DNA from: an uncultured virus (IMG/VR IMGVR_UViG_2049941000_000847)
Taxonomy: Duplodnaviria; Heunggongvirae; Uroviricota; Caudoviricetes
Direction: 5' to 3' (one strand)
Virus record (IMG/VR): IMGVR_UViG_2049941000_000847
Length of the DNA: 64,000 bases
A program made the translations under genes and the position numbers. How positions within the stretch are numbered: position 1 is the first letter of the stretch; each line of letters opens with the position of its first letter. Below are positions 1 to 10,068 of the stretch, one piece after another. The notes under the pieces were generated by a model. The model made no database searches. It was given only the letters and a program-made list of their open reading frames with translations, and had not been told where the DNA came from.

Positions 1-117
1 TGTCGGTGGAGATGTCCAGCACTTCGTCCAGGAAGATGGTGTTGATGTCGAAGTCTGCGATATTCAGCACGAAGTCTCTGAAAGCCATCGCAATCGCGAA
101 ATTGAGCTTTCTCTTCT
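1..117 (-). other. Variant fragment of the gp46/SbcC C-terminal region (near-duplicate of ~3232-3348); likely strain-variant assembly fragment
   Basis: Encodes KRKLNFAIAMAFRDFVLNIADFDINTIFLDEVLDISTD, the same peptide as the 3056..5333 gene but with synonymous changes; bounded by an N-gap. Confidence 0.8.
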
Positions 118-127
118 NNNNNNNNNN

Positions 128-337
128 ATGCCCAAGGCGTCAATGACATCCGGCCTCGCGAAATGACCGCAGTTTTCACCGGCAAGGCGGAGGTTCGACT
201 GCGGGGTTGCCCTTAATTAGGCAGCCATGGCGTAAGTGTCGTTGGCACTTATCTTTTTTCCGGTTTTTAAAGAGGCCACCGGAGACCTCTGCTTGCAGCT
301 CCCGCTTCAACGTTCCCGTCGAAACCAAAGCACCCCC
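128..337 (-). ncRNA. ssrA: tmRNA (SsrA), 3' part lost in the N-gap; tag peptide ANDTYAMAA
   Basis: Minus strand starts GGGGGTGCTTTGGTTTCGACGGG (canonical tmRNA 5' end), then a pk1-like region, then ATAAGT-GCC AAC GAC ACT TAC GCC ATG GCT GCC TAA at 246..217 (A-N-D-T-Y-A-M-A-A-stop), matching the ANDxxYAxAA-type tag. Confidence 0.92.
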
Positions 338-352
338 GAAGGGTTCATGTGT

Positions 353-379
353 AGTTTATCAGTTGTAATATAGTATTTT
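353..379 (-). promoter_or_regulatory. Tandem promoter motifs upstream of tmRNA (AAAATACTATATT and GATAAACTA)
   Basis: Both recurrent intergenic motifs of this genome lie 15-40 nt upstream of the tmRNA 5' end. Confidence 0.6.
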
Positions 380-429
380 CCGATGCTGATAGGAGGGTTG
401 CTCCGGCATTTTAAGTTTTTGATAGTATC

Positions 430-888
430 TTAGATCAGTTTTCCGCCAGGAACACCGGCGTCTTCCAGCGCCTTCTTCAGTTTTTCGTCGCGTTCTGGCA
501 TGACATACCTATCAAGCTCGTTTCTCGGAACCTGTATGTGGTTGAACATGCCGCCTAGCTCAAGTATCTCGGATTCCTTTTCACCGATGCTAGGCGAAAT
601 ATCTACAGCATATACGTGTTCCTCGTCAAGGTCGTCGTCCCATTCGTCGGTACTATAGCTGTAACCAGTACGATACAGATGCTTCTCATCGTTCAAGCGA
701 TCCTTGTCGTCGGCATAGAGGCTGTTCACAAAGGCCAGCACGTACTTGATTTCCCCACGAACACACATTTCATCTGGATTTCCTGGATACTGTCCGATAT
801 GCATCTTAAATCCAAGCTCCGGATATACAGACTCGGCGGCTTCTTTTATTCGATCACATATATCGCGGCTATCCTTTTTTTTAGCATC
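430..888 (-). CDS. Hypothetical acidic protein, 5' end in gap
   Basis: Open frame with phage-like codon usage; no recognisable motif. Confidence 0.55.
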   Translation of the reverse strand, partial: DAKKKDSRDICDRIKEAAESVYPELGFKMHIGQYPGNPDEMCVRGEIKYVLAFVNSLYADDKDRLNDEKHLYRTGYSYSTDEWDDDLDEEHVYAVDISPSIGEKESEILELGGMFNHIQVPRNELDRYVMPERDEKLKKALEDAGVPGGKLI

Positions 889-1276
889 NNNNNNNNNNTT
901 TGTTTTCTGGTTCACGCGGTCTGCGAGGATATGGACGAGTTACTTTTGAAGAAAACAGTACAGTATAGTCAGCAATACTGTTGTCCATCTTGTCTCCTAT
1001 ATATGTCATGTCGTGGGTACCGGGACGACCGTCCACAAAATTCTTGTGCTCGTCCGGATTGTTCATGAACTTTTCGTAAGTTTTGTCGTCATATATCTCA
1101 AAGTTCTTCCCGGAATTTACCATGTACTCATAGTTTTTGTTCATTCTTTCCTCGAAATCCTTTTCAAAGTCGGCTTCGAAGATGACTGTGCGAATATCCT
1201 CGATGCTTTCAGAAACAGTCTTTGAAAAACCGGATTTCATCAATGAGTCGATGAACTCTTTTCTCTGCTTTTTCAT
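881..1276 (-). CDS. Leader-family (type A) protein, cargo unknown; 3' end at gap
   Basis: N-terminus MKKQRKEFIDSLMKSGFSKTVSESIEDIRTVIFEA; TATAAACT motif at 1306-1313. Confidence 0.75.
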   Translation of the reverse strand: MKKQRKEFIDSLMKSGFSKTVSESIEDIRTVIFEADFEKDFEERMNKNYEYMVNSGKNFEIYDDKTYEKFMNNPDEHKNFVDGRPGTHDMTYIGDKMDNSIADYTVLFSSKVTRPYPRRPREPENKXXXXC

Positions 1277-1316
1277 GGAGAACCTATAACGGTTTACACA
1301 AAATCAGTTTATACAA

Positions 1317-1342
1317 AAACCGGGTGCAAAAGCACCCGGTTT
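1317..1342. terminator. Rho-independent terminator hairpin
   Basis: AAACCGGGTGC-AAAA-GCACCCGGTTT perfect inverted repeat with flanking A/T runs. Confidence 0.75.
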
Positions 1343-1458
1343 CGCATTCCATTCCAACCTATCCAAGAATCGCACCAGATCCACCGGAATACTTCCTAGC
1401 ACGGTCCTCTGCGGTTTCAGCGTCTTCAAGGCTATCCTAGAATACTTCNNNNNNNNNN

Positions 1459-1848
1459 TTGCCAACAAGAACGGTTCCCTTGCGGATTGTACCTTCCTTG
1501 TACTGCTTCTTACGCAGATGAAGAATCACGGTAGAGGTGTACAGACCACCGGAGCCACCGGCAATCTTGGTAGTGTCACCATACCCGCTGATATTGGCAT
1601 ACACATGGTTCGTGATTAGCATCGGGATATCGAGACGGCTGAGACGAATAAGAATCGACTTGTACAGTCTCTTCAGTTCCTTCTGAGCCGTGAAGTCAGC
1701 GACGTGGTTTCCGGTCTGAATGTCCTTTCTTGACTTCTCGGTGTCAAGCATGCCCTGCGAGTCGATCACGAACGCGCACTTGTTCTCGTTCTTCAGCTTC
1801 TTGCCCTTGGCTGCTTCCAGTGCAGTAAGAATCTTGTCGAACGTTCCC
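1459..1848 (-). other. Variant duplicate fragment of uvsX (strain variant/assembly artefact)
   Basis: Nearly identical peptide to the internal uvsX region ~2263-2652 with many synonymous changes; lies in a short segment between N-gaps. Confidence 0.8.
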
Positions 1849-1883
1849 AATTCATCATAAAGTGTAATCACGANNNNNNNNNN

Positions 1884-3026
1884 GTCGATCTCCAAAGCCT
1901 CTTCATTTTCGTCTCCGGAAGCGAAGTTGACTGGCTTCAGGAGCGGATACACCTTCTTGACCCAGTCGTTGATCGGTTCGAAAATGGTGCCGATGGTGCT
2001 CTCCTTGTGCAGGTCGTATTCCTTGCAAACGATCCAGTCCTTCGGATCCTTGTTAGGGTCCTTGATCACGTACCAGTTGAAGTTGCCTGCCTTCTCAGGA
2101 CCGACCACTCCCTTCTTGTCGAACTTTGAAGCGCTCCACTTTTCAAGCAGCCCGGCCTCCTCTGCGAAGATGTGCAGACCGTACCACTTGTTCAACCCCT
2201 TTTCAAAGTTGAGGTAGATGTTCCCTTCGATGCCATCGCGGGTGAAACGGCTTTTAACTACCTTCGCTACGAGAACAGTGCCCTTGCGGATGGTGCCTTC
2301 CTTGTACTGCTTCTTTCTCAGGTGTAGAATGACCGTGGAAGCATACAGGCCACCGGAGCCACCGGCGATCTTCGTTGTGTCGCCGTATCCGCTGATGTTG
2401 GCGTACACGTGGTTTGTGATGAGCATAGGAATGTCGAGACGACTAAGTCTGATGAGAATGGACTTGTACAGTCTCTTCAGTTCCTTCTGAGCAGTGAAGT
2501 CAGCCACGTGGTTACCGGTCTGGATGTCCTTTCTGGACTTCTCCGTGTCAAGCATACCCTGCGAGTCTATGACGAATGCGCACTTGTTCTCGTTCTTGAG
2601 CTTGCGACCCTTCGCGTCTTCAAGCTGCGTGAGGATCTTGTCGAAAGTTCCCTTCAGCTCTTCGATGATGTCCTGCTGGATGATCTTGAACGACCCTTCG
2701 GGCAGACCGAAGCTGATGAGAGTGTCGTCAGTAACGGAGTTTTCCGTGTCGATGTAGTAGATGAAGTACCCCTTCTCGACCAGCGGACGGCAGAACGAAT
2801 AAGCCGCCACAAGGCTCTTGCCGGTGGAGTTTTCGCCGGAAAGCATGCACACGCGGTTTCCAGGGAACCCTCTTGTCATGTCACCGGACAGAACCGCGTT
2901 CAGCGTGTACGAACCGGTGTCGATCCATTCGCTGATCTCGCGACCAGTTTCGGAGTCGGCGATCGCGTCACCGGTCTTGATTGTCTTGAAAAAATCGAAA
3001 TTGGAAGCTACGCTTTTCTTTGCCAT
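1884..3026 (-). CDS. uvsX: UvsX/RecA-like recombinase (3' end in gap)
   Basis: WIDTGSYTLNAVLSG, Walker A GENSTGKS, YIDTE, VIDS, ITNHVY, GGSGGLYAS; ATG at 3026 with an upstream AAGGAG. Confidence 0.92.
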
Positions 3027-3055
3027 TTGTGTTTCTCCTTCGGCAATAATATAGA

Positions 3056-5333
3056 TTATTCGTTGCCGGTCGATGTCTGCTTCAAGGTTGAGAACCGACC
3101 ATCGTATTCCACGTCCACGATGCTGTCGAACATGTTCCGGAACTGCTCCCCACGGTGGGTTATCAGCCACGCGCTATCAATGGTTTCCAGCTTCGACCGC
3201 ACCAACTCGATCATGTCGGCTAGAGCCTCCATGTCGGTGGAGATGTCCAGCACCTCGTCCAGGAAGATGGTATTGATGTCGAAGTCTGCGATATTCAGCA
3301 CAAAATCGCGGAAAGCCATGGCGATCGCGAAGTTCAGCTTTCTCTTCTGCCCCTGGGAGAGCCCGTCGTACGTGTCAGCCAGGCCGAACCTGCTGCTGAA
3401 AGTGTAGTCCATCGCGCTGTCGAACTCGACCATGAACGGCAATCCGAACCTGGTAAGATTCCTGGCGATCGCCTTGTTCAGGCTCGGAACGAACGAAGAA
3501 AGCACGATCTTCTTGATGCCCGTGTCCTGGTACATTCCGTCGATAAACTTGGCTACGGATATGTCGTCAGACGTTTCGTTCAGCTTTTGACGGCCGCCTT
3601 CGATGCGCTTCTCGGTGTCTTCCAGCTTTCTCTGCGTCTTCGCGACGGCATCCTCGCTGGTCTCGTTCAGCTTCTCCGAGAGTTCCTTTTCCAAAGAAGC
3701 CTTCCTTGTTTCCATATCGGAGATGTTCGCCTTGATACCAGCGATTTCGTCCTTCTTGGCACCGGCCTTTGTGCGCAAACCGGACACGTTAGAAGACGCA
3801 TCGGCATATCGCTCTTCGATTCCCGAGAGCTTCTTCACACGCGCTTCGAGTTCCGCGACATTTTTCCCGCCAGCATTGGAGATGGATTCTTCACATCCGG
3901 CGATTTCTGACTTGATCGACTCCACCCTCGTATGGATGGGCATGTATGTGTTCTCGTTGAACGAGTCGAGTTCCGACTTGGCCGAGTCGTATTCGCCGGC
4001 CTTTTCTTTAAGGCCGGAAATTTCGTCCTTAATCGTCTCAAGTTCCGCGTTGGCATTCTCAAGTTCTGCCACGATGGGCTTCTTCTTGGAGAGCTCCTCA
4101 CGGTACTGCTTCCTGTATTCTTCCTTGACGTGTTCTACGTCCGCCTCTGTGGACGGCTTTCCGCATACAGGACAAGGAACACCGGACTTGGCTTCGGCGG
4201 CCTTGGCTTCTATCTTTTTGAGCTGCTCCTCGATTCCGGAGATCTTCGTCTCGTAAGAAGATATGGATCGCTCCAGTTCGTTCTTTCTCGTGATCTTGGT
4301 ATCGATGTTGGAACCGATTGTCACCCTTTCTTCGGAGCTGCAAATCGCATTGAGTTTCTGCTCAAGCACAGCCTTGCCGGAGACCGCGTTGTCGTATTCT
4401 GTCGAGAGAGATTCCAGCTTTTCCTTCAGTTCGGACAACCTGGTGATCGCGGAGATCGTGGTTGTGATACCCTTGTATTCGTCGAGATCGGACTTCGCTG
4501 CGTCGAGAACAGACTTCGCCTCAATGCCTTCTTCGACGATCGCATTGTACTCTTCCGTCTTGGTATTGACCGCGGTGTTCGCGTCGGAGATGGACTTCTC
4601 CAGACCTTCGATGTCCGTCTTGATTCTCTGAATACCGTTTTCCTTTTCCTCTTTCATTCTGGAAAGAATGTCTCGGAGTTCTTCGATGTCCGTCATGCCT
4701 TGGCGGATATCGCTTCCGAGAACCTCGAACGTCGTGTTGAGCTCGCGCAGTCTCTTCTTGTTGGCGTCCTTGATGCGGTCCAGGTTCATGGAGAGAATGG
4801 ACTCGATCAGGGCTCGCTTGTCCTTCGGGTCCATGTCGATGAACGGAATGGTCTGGATGGTGTTGAGGGAGATAACGTTCTCGAAGATGCGTTTGTCGAA
4901 GCCGAGCACCTCGTTCTCGATCAGCTTCTGCGTCGTGCCGCCGGCTCCCTTCTTCTCCCCCGGTCCGNNNNNNNNNNNNNNNNNNNNNNNNNNNNNNNNN
5001 NTTCTTCGTGAAGACGAAAGACGAGGTGCCGGACGGCTTCATGGTACGTTCGATGCAGTATTCGTCGGCTCCGTTCGCGTCGGTGCGATCGAATTCGAGC
5101 TTGACGAGAAGCGTCGCCTTGGTGTTTGTGTTGTTGCGCAGGTCGGCCTTGTTGATGTCGCGGTACGGGCTTCCGAAAAGCGCGAAGGTGAGGGCTTCGA
5201 CGATGGTGGATTTGCCAGCTCCGTTCGGTCCCTTGATCCAAGTGAGACCGTCGGTGAAATCGACCACGTTCTCATTGTTGCCATACGAGAGGACGTTTGA
5301 AAAGGTCAGTCTTTTGAGTTTTATCTTGTGCAT
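3056..5333 (-). CDS. gp46/SbcC-like recombination endonuclease ATPase subunit (split by N-gap at 4968-5001)
   Basis: Walker A GPNGAGKSTIVEAL, long coiled coil with CPVCGK zinc hook, signature LSQGQK, Walker B IFLDE, ITH. Confidence 0.93.
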
Positions 5334-5426
5334 TTTATGACGCGTGGCCGTGGATGTTTAGACGGTCCACGGGTAGAATATAGTATTTTTCAGGTAGTGG
5401 AAAACGGCTGAAATGAGATTAAAATG

Positions 5427-5549
5427 CTATTTTTCGTCCTTGTCGTCTTCGTCGTGGATGCCGAAAATGCATATGAACACGAGAGCACCAAGCATCGAAA
5501 GAATCAGGACCCAGGACGCCGTCGCTATGATGCTCTCAACGACGCTCAT
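5427..5549 (-). CDS. Small membrane protein (40 aa)
   Basis: MSVVESIIATASWVLILSMLGALVFICIFGIHDEDDKDEK; GGAG RBS; ATGA overlap with the upstream ORF. Confidence 0.55.
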   Translation of the reverse strand: MSVVESIIATASWVLILSMLGALVFICIFGIHDEDDKDEK

Positions 5550-5710
5550 CTCTTGTCTCCGGTTATCTTGTCGAACACAAAAAACACAAAATCGCAGAGA
5601 ATAACGAAGAGATATACGGAGATGGACACGAAAGCCAGCAGCACAACAAACGCTATTGAAAGCGCAGAGTAAAAGACTTTTGAGAGCCATTTAGTAATCT
5701 TGTTGAGCAT
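5546..5710 (-). CDS. Small membrane protein (54 aa), below the ORF-track cutoff
   Basis: Hand translation MLNKITKWLSKVFYSALSIAFVVLLAFVSISVYLFVILCDFVFFVFDKITGDKR; stop overlaps the next ATG. Confidence 0.55.
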   Translation of the reverse strand: MLNKITKWLSKVFYSALSIAFVVLLAFVSISVYLFVILCDFVFFVFDKITGDKR

Positions 5711-5728
5711 GCTGGCTTTTGTCCTCGC

Positions 5729-6328
5729 TTAGCACTCGTAGTTCTTATCGAAAACTTCGGGCGCGTTTGGAGCGATCGACCCGTTTGGAAGAAGCACGAT
5801 CTTGTAACCCGGAGCAACTGAAAGAGGAGCGTCCGGCTGCCAGCTAAGCTTGATGGTCAACGGCTTTTCAGTTGTCCAGTACGTGCATTCCTGGCCACCC
5901 TTCTTTCTCCACATGGTGCCTTCGGGGTTGGCAGGTTTATCTTCCCACATGTCTCTGGCCGGGACATATTCCATCTTGTTCCCGCTGTCATCAACGCCGT
6001 CGTCGATTATCAAGTCGCCTTTCTTGGCATACGCCTTGCCTTCTCTAGACATGACTTCTTCGTCTTCCTCGGCGATGCGACCCTTCTGAAGCTTTCCAAG
6101 CTTTATGCAAGGCTTGCCTTCCGTGGTTCTCATCAGTTCGATCACTTCGGCGTTCTCTGGATAATGGAGTTCTTCGCCATCGATGACGGTTCCGTTCGCC
6201 ATCTTTATTCCAGCGGTTTCTTCCGATTCGAAAATCACCGACCGGATTTCGTTGATGCTTTCGCAGAGCGAGCTGGAAAAACCGGCTTCTCTGAGGGCTC
6301 TCATGAATTCTATTTCGTTTTTCTTCAT
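5729..6328 (-). CDS. Leader-family (type A) protein with PGDYG-like cargo domain
   Basis: Leader MKKNEIEFMRALREAGFSSSLCESINEIRSVIFES; cargo SREG..AKKGDLII..EYVP and APGYKIV..GSIAP..VFDKNYE resemble the PGDYG-family pattern (by eye); AGGAGG RBS. Confidence 0.75.
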   Translation of the reverse strand: MKKNEIEFMRALREAGFSSSLCESINEIRSVIFESEETAGIKMANGTVIDGEELHYPENAEVIELMRTTEGKPCIKLGKLQKGRIAEEDEEVMSREGKAYAKKGDLIIDDGVDDSGNKMEYVPARDMWEDKPANPEGTMWRKKGGQECTYWTTEKPLTIKLSWQPDAPLSVAPGYKIVLLPNGSIAPNAPEVFDKNYEC

Positions 6329-6343
6329 ATAATCCTCCTACTT

Positions 6344-6769
6344 TTAATTTTCCTTTTCGAATTCGATTCGTTTTATCATATCAGTATCTGTGTCCATGAT
6401 AATTACTTTGTGCTCATAGTCAATTGGATAATTCGACCAATAATAATAAAGTGTACAAGGAACATCGCATCCAAGTACAGTAACCGGAATCGTGTATCCT
6501 TCAGTCGGTACGTCTGATGTCGATGGAATCTCTCCCTTTATTATTGAACATCTAGCATCGCCAAACCTTTTTTTCAGTTCTCCGGCGAATTCGAATCCAC
6601 AGTTGCGAGAAAATTCATAATCTTTTGCATCCTCGCGAGGTATAAGAATAATTTTCTCTTCTTCTCCTTCAAATATCGCTTTTCTAATTTCACAAATACT
6701 TTCACATATCGATCTAGAAAAACCAACCCTCTTTAGTGCATTAAGAAATTCAATTTCGTCATTCGTCAT
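6344..6769 (-). CDS. Leader-family (type A) protein, unknown AT-richer cargo
   Basis: MTNDEIEFLNALKRVGFSRSICESICEIRKAIFEG; late motif at 6813-6820. Confidence 0.8.
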   Translation of the reverse strand: MTNDEIEFLNALKRVGFSRSICESICEIRKAIFEGEEEKIILIPREDAKDYEFSRNCGFEFAGELKKRFGDARCSIIKGEIPSTSDVPTEGYTIPVTVLGCDVPCTLYYYWSNYPIDYEHKVIIMDTDTDMIKRIEFEKEN

Positions 6770-6789
6770 ACAATTCTCCTTCCCATACG

Positions 6790-6820
6790 GGTGGGGCTTG
6801 GTATACGTAAATAGTTTATA
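6790..6820 (-). promoter_or_regulatory. Conserved late-promoter plus 5'UTR block (copy 1)
   Basis: TATAAACTATTTACGTATACCAAGCCCCACC; near-identical at 8926-8956 and similar at 10593-10620. Confidence 0.7.
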
Positions 6821-6836
6821 CTGTCGAGAACCAGTT

Positions 6837-7445
6837 TTACCGCGACGACGCCATTTTAAGCATCCGCAAAACCCTTGGATTCACGAGTTCCGGTTTAGGC
6901 GGGTTTTCCGGACGAATTTCCCAGTCGCGGTCGCCGTACGTGTCGAGGATGTACTGGACGACTGCCTGGCTTCTGCTCTTCCCGGCATAACAATGGATGT
7001 AGAAGTCCTTGTCGATGTTCCTGTCTATGAACTCGACGATCTGCCTCGCTTGGTCCATGTCTATGCCACGAGCGAACCTTCCGCGTCTACCGATATTCAA
7101 AATCGGTTCGGTGATGTCGTCGAAGTAAATCTTCAATATGTTCGACCCGTTCCGTTCGATGAACCAAGGCCAGTGTATGGAATCCTCATGCGACAGGTTT
7201 CCCGGTGTCGAGCAGATCTCGATACAAGCGGCATTGGACGGAGGAGCGTCCACCCACCCGTTCTTTGCCATCTCCTTCGCGAAATCCTCGGCACTGAAGC
7301 AGTACAATTTCTGGACACGGCCATCTTCCAATTCTTCTTCGCTCTCGAAGATGGCTTTTCTGATCTCGTTTATGCTCTCGCACAGAGAATCCGGAAAACC
7401 GGCTTTTCTAAGGGATGATATGAACTCTGTTTCGGTTTTATTCAT
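6837..7445 (-). CDS. Leader-family (type A) protein with CX5R (PTP/dual-specificity) phosphatase domain
   Basis: Leader MNKTETEFISSLRKAGFPDSLCESINEIRKAIFES; FDD loop; catalytic motif IHCYAGKSRS. Confidence 0.85.
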   Translation of the reverse strand: MNKTETEFISSLRKAGFPDSLCESINEIRKAIFESEEELEDGRVQKLYCFSAEDFAKEMAKNGWVDAPPSNAACIEICSTPGNLSHEDSIHWPWFIERNGSNILKIYFDDITEPILNIGRRGRFARGIDMDQARQIVEFIDRNIDKDFYIHCYAGKSRSQAVVQYILDTYGDRDWEIRPENPPKPELVNPRVLRMLKMASSR

Positions 7446-7528
7446 GATTGTTTTGCCGTGTCGGCTTCTCCNNNNNNNNNNNNNNNNNNNNNNNNNNNNN
7501 NNNNNNNNNNNNNNNNNNNNNNNNNNNN

Positions 7529-8094
7529 TCGGCGACCAGCTTGTCAAGGTCTCCGCGAGTGCTGCCAGAGCCGGAGGAGTCCATGTCGTATACACCGAGA
7601 TTCTTGAACTTGCTGTAGGTTTCTTCCCGCTCCCTCTCGGCTTCCTTTTTTATGATCTCCTTTTTCACGAAATCGACGAAGTTGCCGGCCAGCTTCTTGG
7701 CGCGATTACGCACATCCACTATCTCGCTGTTGATTGTCGGAATCTTCTTCTGTATGTATCGCTTCAGCATGAAAATTATCTTCGGTTCCGTCGAGGAGCT
7801 ATGGTCGTATTCGTCGAGTATCTGCTGGAAATTGATGTCGCTCATGTCCGAAAGGTACTTTCGGGCCTTGTCTCCACCGCCCTTTCCGGCAACCGAGTCA
7901 ACGAAACCGTGCACGAACTGGTACAAGTCGTTTCTGCACTGGTTTCCGCTGCGGTCGCTGTTATATCTGGCGCACCCTCTTATGAACAACTTCTTGTCTT
8001 CGTCCGTGGTGAACGACTCGAACATCGACCCGGAATACAACACGGAGTCGACGAAGCTGCTTATCGCTTGGAGTTCATTGTGATAAAGCGGCAT
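7529..8094 (-). CDS. Hypothetical protein (3' end in gap)
   Basis: Open frame behind a TATAAACTA motif (8124-8132); contains MFES near the N-terminus. Confidence 0.65.
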
Positions 8095-8159
8095 AAATGC
8101 CTCTTTTAGACCAGATTCTACATTAGTTTATAACTTTTGCGCTGTGCTTTTTGACATGA

Positions 8160-8194
8160 AAAGGGGGCTCCGATCAAGAAGCCCCCTTTTTTTT
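8160..8194. terminator. Bidirectional terminator hairpin
   Basis: AAAGGGGGCT...AGCCCCCTTT followed by a T-run. Confidence 0.7.
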
Positions 8195-8213
8195 GAATGT
8201 TCTAGAGCTGAGA

Positions 8214-8900
8214 TTACTCTTCGCAATCCCTGTCGTAAATGAACGCCCCGTTGGACACATCCGTTCTCCAGCAAAGAACTGCTTTTCCGGACACGTCTGC
8301 GTCACCATGTACCTGCGCCCATTCCGATATGTCCGCGTTCCCGTATACCTTGGCATTCTCGTACACTTTGGCATCACCGGACACTTCCGCATTGTCTTCG
8401 ACAACGGCATCGCCATACACTTTGGCACTATCGTACACCTTTGCTTCATCAGCAACCCAGCAATTGCCTTCGTGACCAAGGTTGCGCTCTCCTTCAACCC
8501 AACCACCGAGATCGCCTTCTTCGACGACAAGCGTGCCATCCGAGGAGCCGGATTCAACTTCAATGTGTTTTAGAGCGACAATTCTGTGAAGGGTGCGACC
8601 GTTCCATTCCATCGTTTCGTTGGTGAGCTCATACTTCTTTTCAGGAGTATAGTCCTCTTCCTTCTCGGCGTTGAATTCATAGTCCAGGGCATCGCTGTCT
8701 TTCATCACCCTCTTCGTCTTGTTGTAGGGGTCTCCCCAGCTTGAGCTATCATCCCTTTTCCATATTGTGGCGTTCTTTCTCTTTGCCGCTTCCGATTCTT
8801 CGAACACGGCACGTCTGATTTCATTTACGCTTTCACACAGCGAGGCGGAAATACCGACCTTTCTCAACGCATTCAGGAATTCGATTTCACTCCTATTCAT
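8214..8900 (-). CDS. Leader-family (type A) protein with left-handed beta-helix (hexapeptide) cargo
   Basis: Leader MNRSEIEFLNALRKVGISASLCESVNEIRRAVFEE; KKYELT..GRTLHRIVAL..GDLGGWVE followed by AKVYDS/AKVYGD/AEVSGD repeats. Confidence 0.85.
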   Translation of the reverse strand: MNRSEIEFLNALRKVGISASLCESVNEIRRAVFEESEAAKRKNATIWKRDDSSSWGDPYNKTKRVMKDSDALDYEFNAEKEEDYTPEKKYELTNETMEWNGRTLHRIVALKHIEVESGSSDGTLVVEEGDLGGWVEGERNLGHEGNCWVADEAKVYDSAKVYGDAVVEDNAEVSGDAKVYENAKVYGNADISEWAQVHGDADVSGKAVLCWRTDVSNGAFIYDRDCEE

Positions 8901-8925
8901 ACTATTCTCCTCCGCTCACATTAGT

Positions 8926-8956
8926 GGTGGGGCTTGGTATACGTATGTAGTTTATA
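8926..8956 (-). promoter_or_regulatory. Conserved late-promoter plus 5'UTR block (copy 2)
   Basis: TATAAACTACATACGTATACCAAGCCCCACC. Confidence 0.7.
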
Positions 8957-8970
8957 ATTACGAGACGGTC

Positions 8971-10068
8971 TCAGCGAGCAGCTTGCTTCAACATAGCAAG
9001 AACTCGCTGGTTTATTAGCCCGGGGTCCGGAGGATTATCAGATCTTACTTCCCAGTTGTGGTTAGGATATGTGTCAAGAATGTATTGAACAACGGCTTGG
9101 CTTCTGCTCAATCCGGCATGACAGTGGATGTAGAAGTCTTTGTCTATGTTCTTGTTGATGAACTTGACAATCTTCGTCGCCTGTTCAGGAGTGATGCCGT
9201 GAGAGAATTTTCCGTCACGGTTAACTTCTACACTATCAAGAATGTCATCAAAATTAACCTTTAGAACATTGTCAGGTAGATCACCGAAATCCTCTCCCTC
9301 GAGGAACCACGGGCCGTCCTCAGACGCAAAATCCTCTCCAAGTTTCTCAAGTTCGTCTTCCGTCGAACAGATTTCTATGCAGGCGACGTTTGGTGGAAGA
9401 GTATCATTGGTCCAGCCGTTCTCGAACATTTCATCCGCGAAATCTCTCGCACTGTAGCAATACAGTTTTTGCGAACGTTTTCCAGTCAGTTCATCCCAAC
9501 CATCAGTTTCCCATCTATTCAACATTTCCTTTATTTTGCTCACAGGAACTCCGTGCGCGTTCCTCTTACCTAGCTCTTCCACATCGAATTTCCATTCGGA
9601 GTCGCTTTCTTCCACGGCGATATTGTATCCGTTTTCCTTAGCGGCATCAACATAAGGTTTGGCTTCCCATTTCTGTACATTTGTGTTGTCGATAATTACA
9701 GGAGAAACTCCTTTTTCAATCGCTTCACGAGCACGGCGCTGATTCCATTTGTGAGCTTTTACAATAGGAGTCATTCCATCGTCATCCCTTTCAAATGACA
9801 TCTGCAGTTTCCCGTCATCATCCGTTTCATACAGACCCGGATAATCGTCGGTGGAAAATATCTCACCACCGAGTTCTTCTTGCAGTTTTCTCGCTTTGGT
9901 ACTCTTTCCGCTTCCAGGCAGTCCGCGCATGATGATGAGAAGCTTGTCGGAGCCTTCTTCGCTTTCGAAAATCACTTTCCTGATCTCGTTGATACACTCG
10001 CAAAGAGCACCGGAGAAACCGGCGCTCTTCAGGGCATTCACAAATTCGACTCCCTTATTCTTCTTCAT
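8971..10068 (-). CDS. Leader-family (type A) fusion: N4BP2/PNK-like P-loop kinase plus CX5R phosphatase (start could be 10083)
   Basis: Leader EFVNALKSAGFSGALCECINEIRKVIFES; MRGLPGSGKST, STDDY, AHKWN, IIDNTN..WEAKPYV, KRNAHGVP; C-terminal IHCHAGLSRS domain paralogous to 6837..7445. Confidence 0.88.
   Translation of the reverse strand: MKKNKGVEFVNALKSAGFSGALCECINEIRKVIFESEEGSDKLLIIMRGLPGSGKSTKARKLQEELGGEIFSTDDYPGLYETDDDGKLQMSFERDDDGMTPIVKAHKWNQRRAREAIEKGVSPVIIDNTNVQKWEAKPYVDAAKENGYNIAVEESDSEWKFDVEELGKRNAHGVPVSKIKEMLNRWETDGWDELTGKRSQKLYCYSARDFADEMFENGWTNDTLPPNVACIEICSTEDELEKLGEDFASEDGPWFLEGEDFGDLPDNVLKVNFDDILDSVEVNRDGKFSHGITPEQATKIVKFINKNIDKDFYIHCHAGLSRSQAVVQYILDTYPNHNWEVRSDNPPDPGLINQRVLAMLKQAAR

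Noticed and set aside
1..117. Second gp46 gene
   Set aside because: Synonymous variant fragment at a gap edge; likely strain heterogeneity, although the sequence upstream of the window cannot be seen.
1437..3170. Apparent 577-aa RecA with internal tandem duplication
   Set aside because: The second copy lies between N-gaps and differs almost only synonymously; best explained as a co-assembled strain variant. The true start is 3026.
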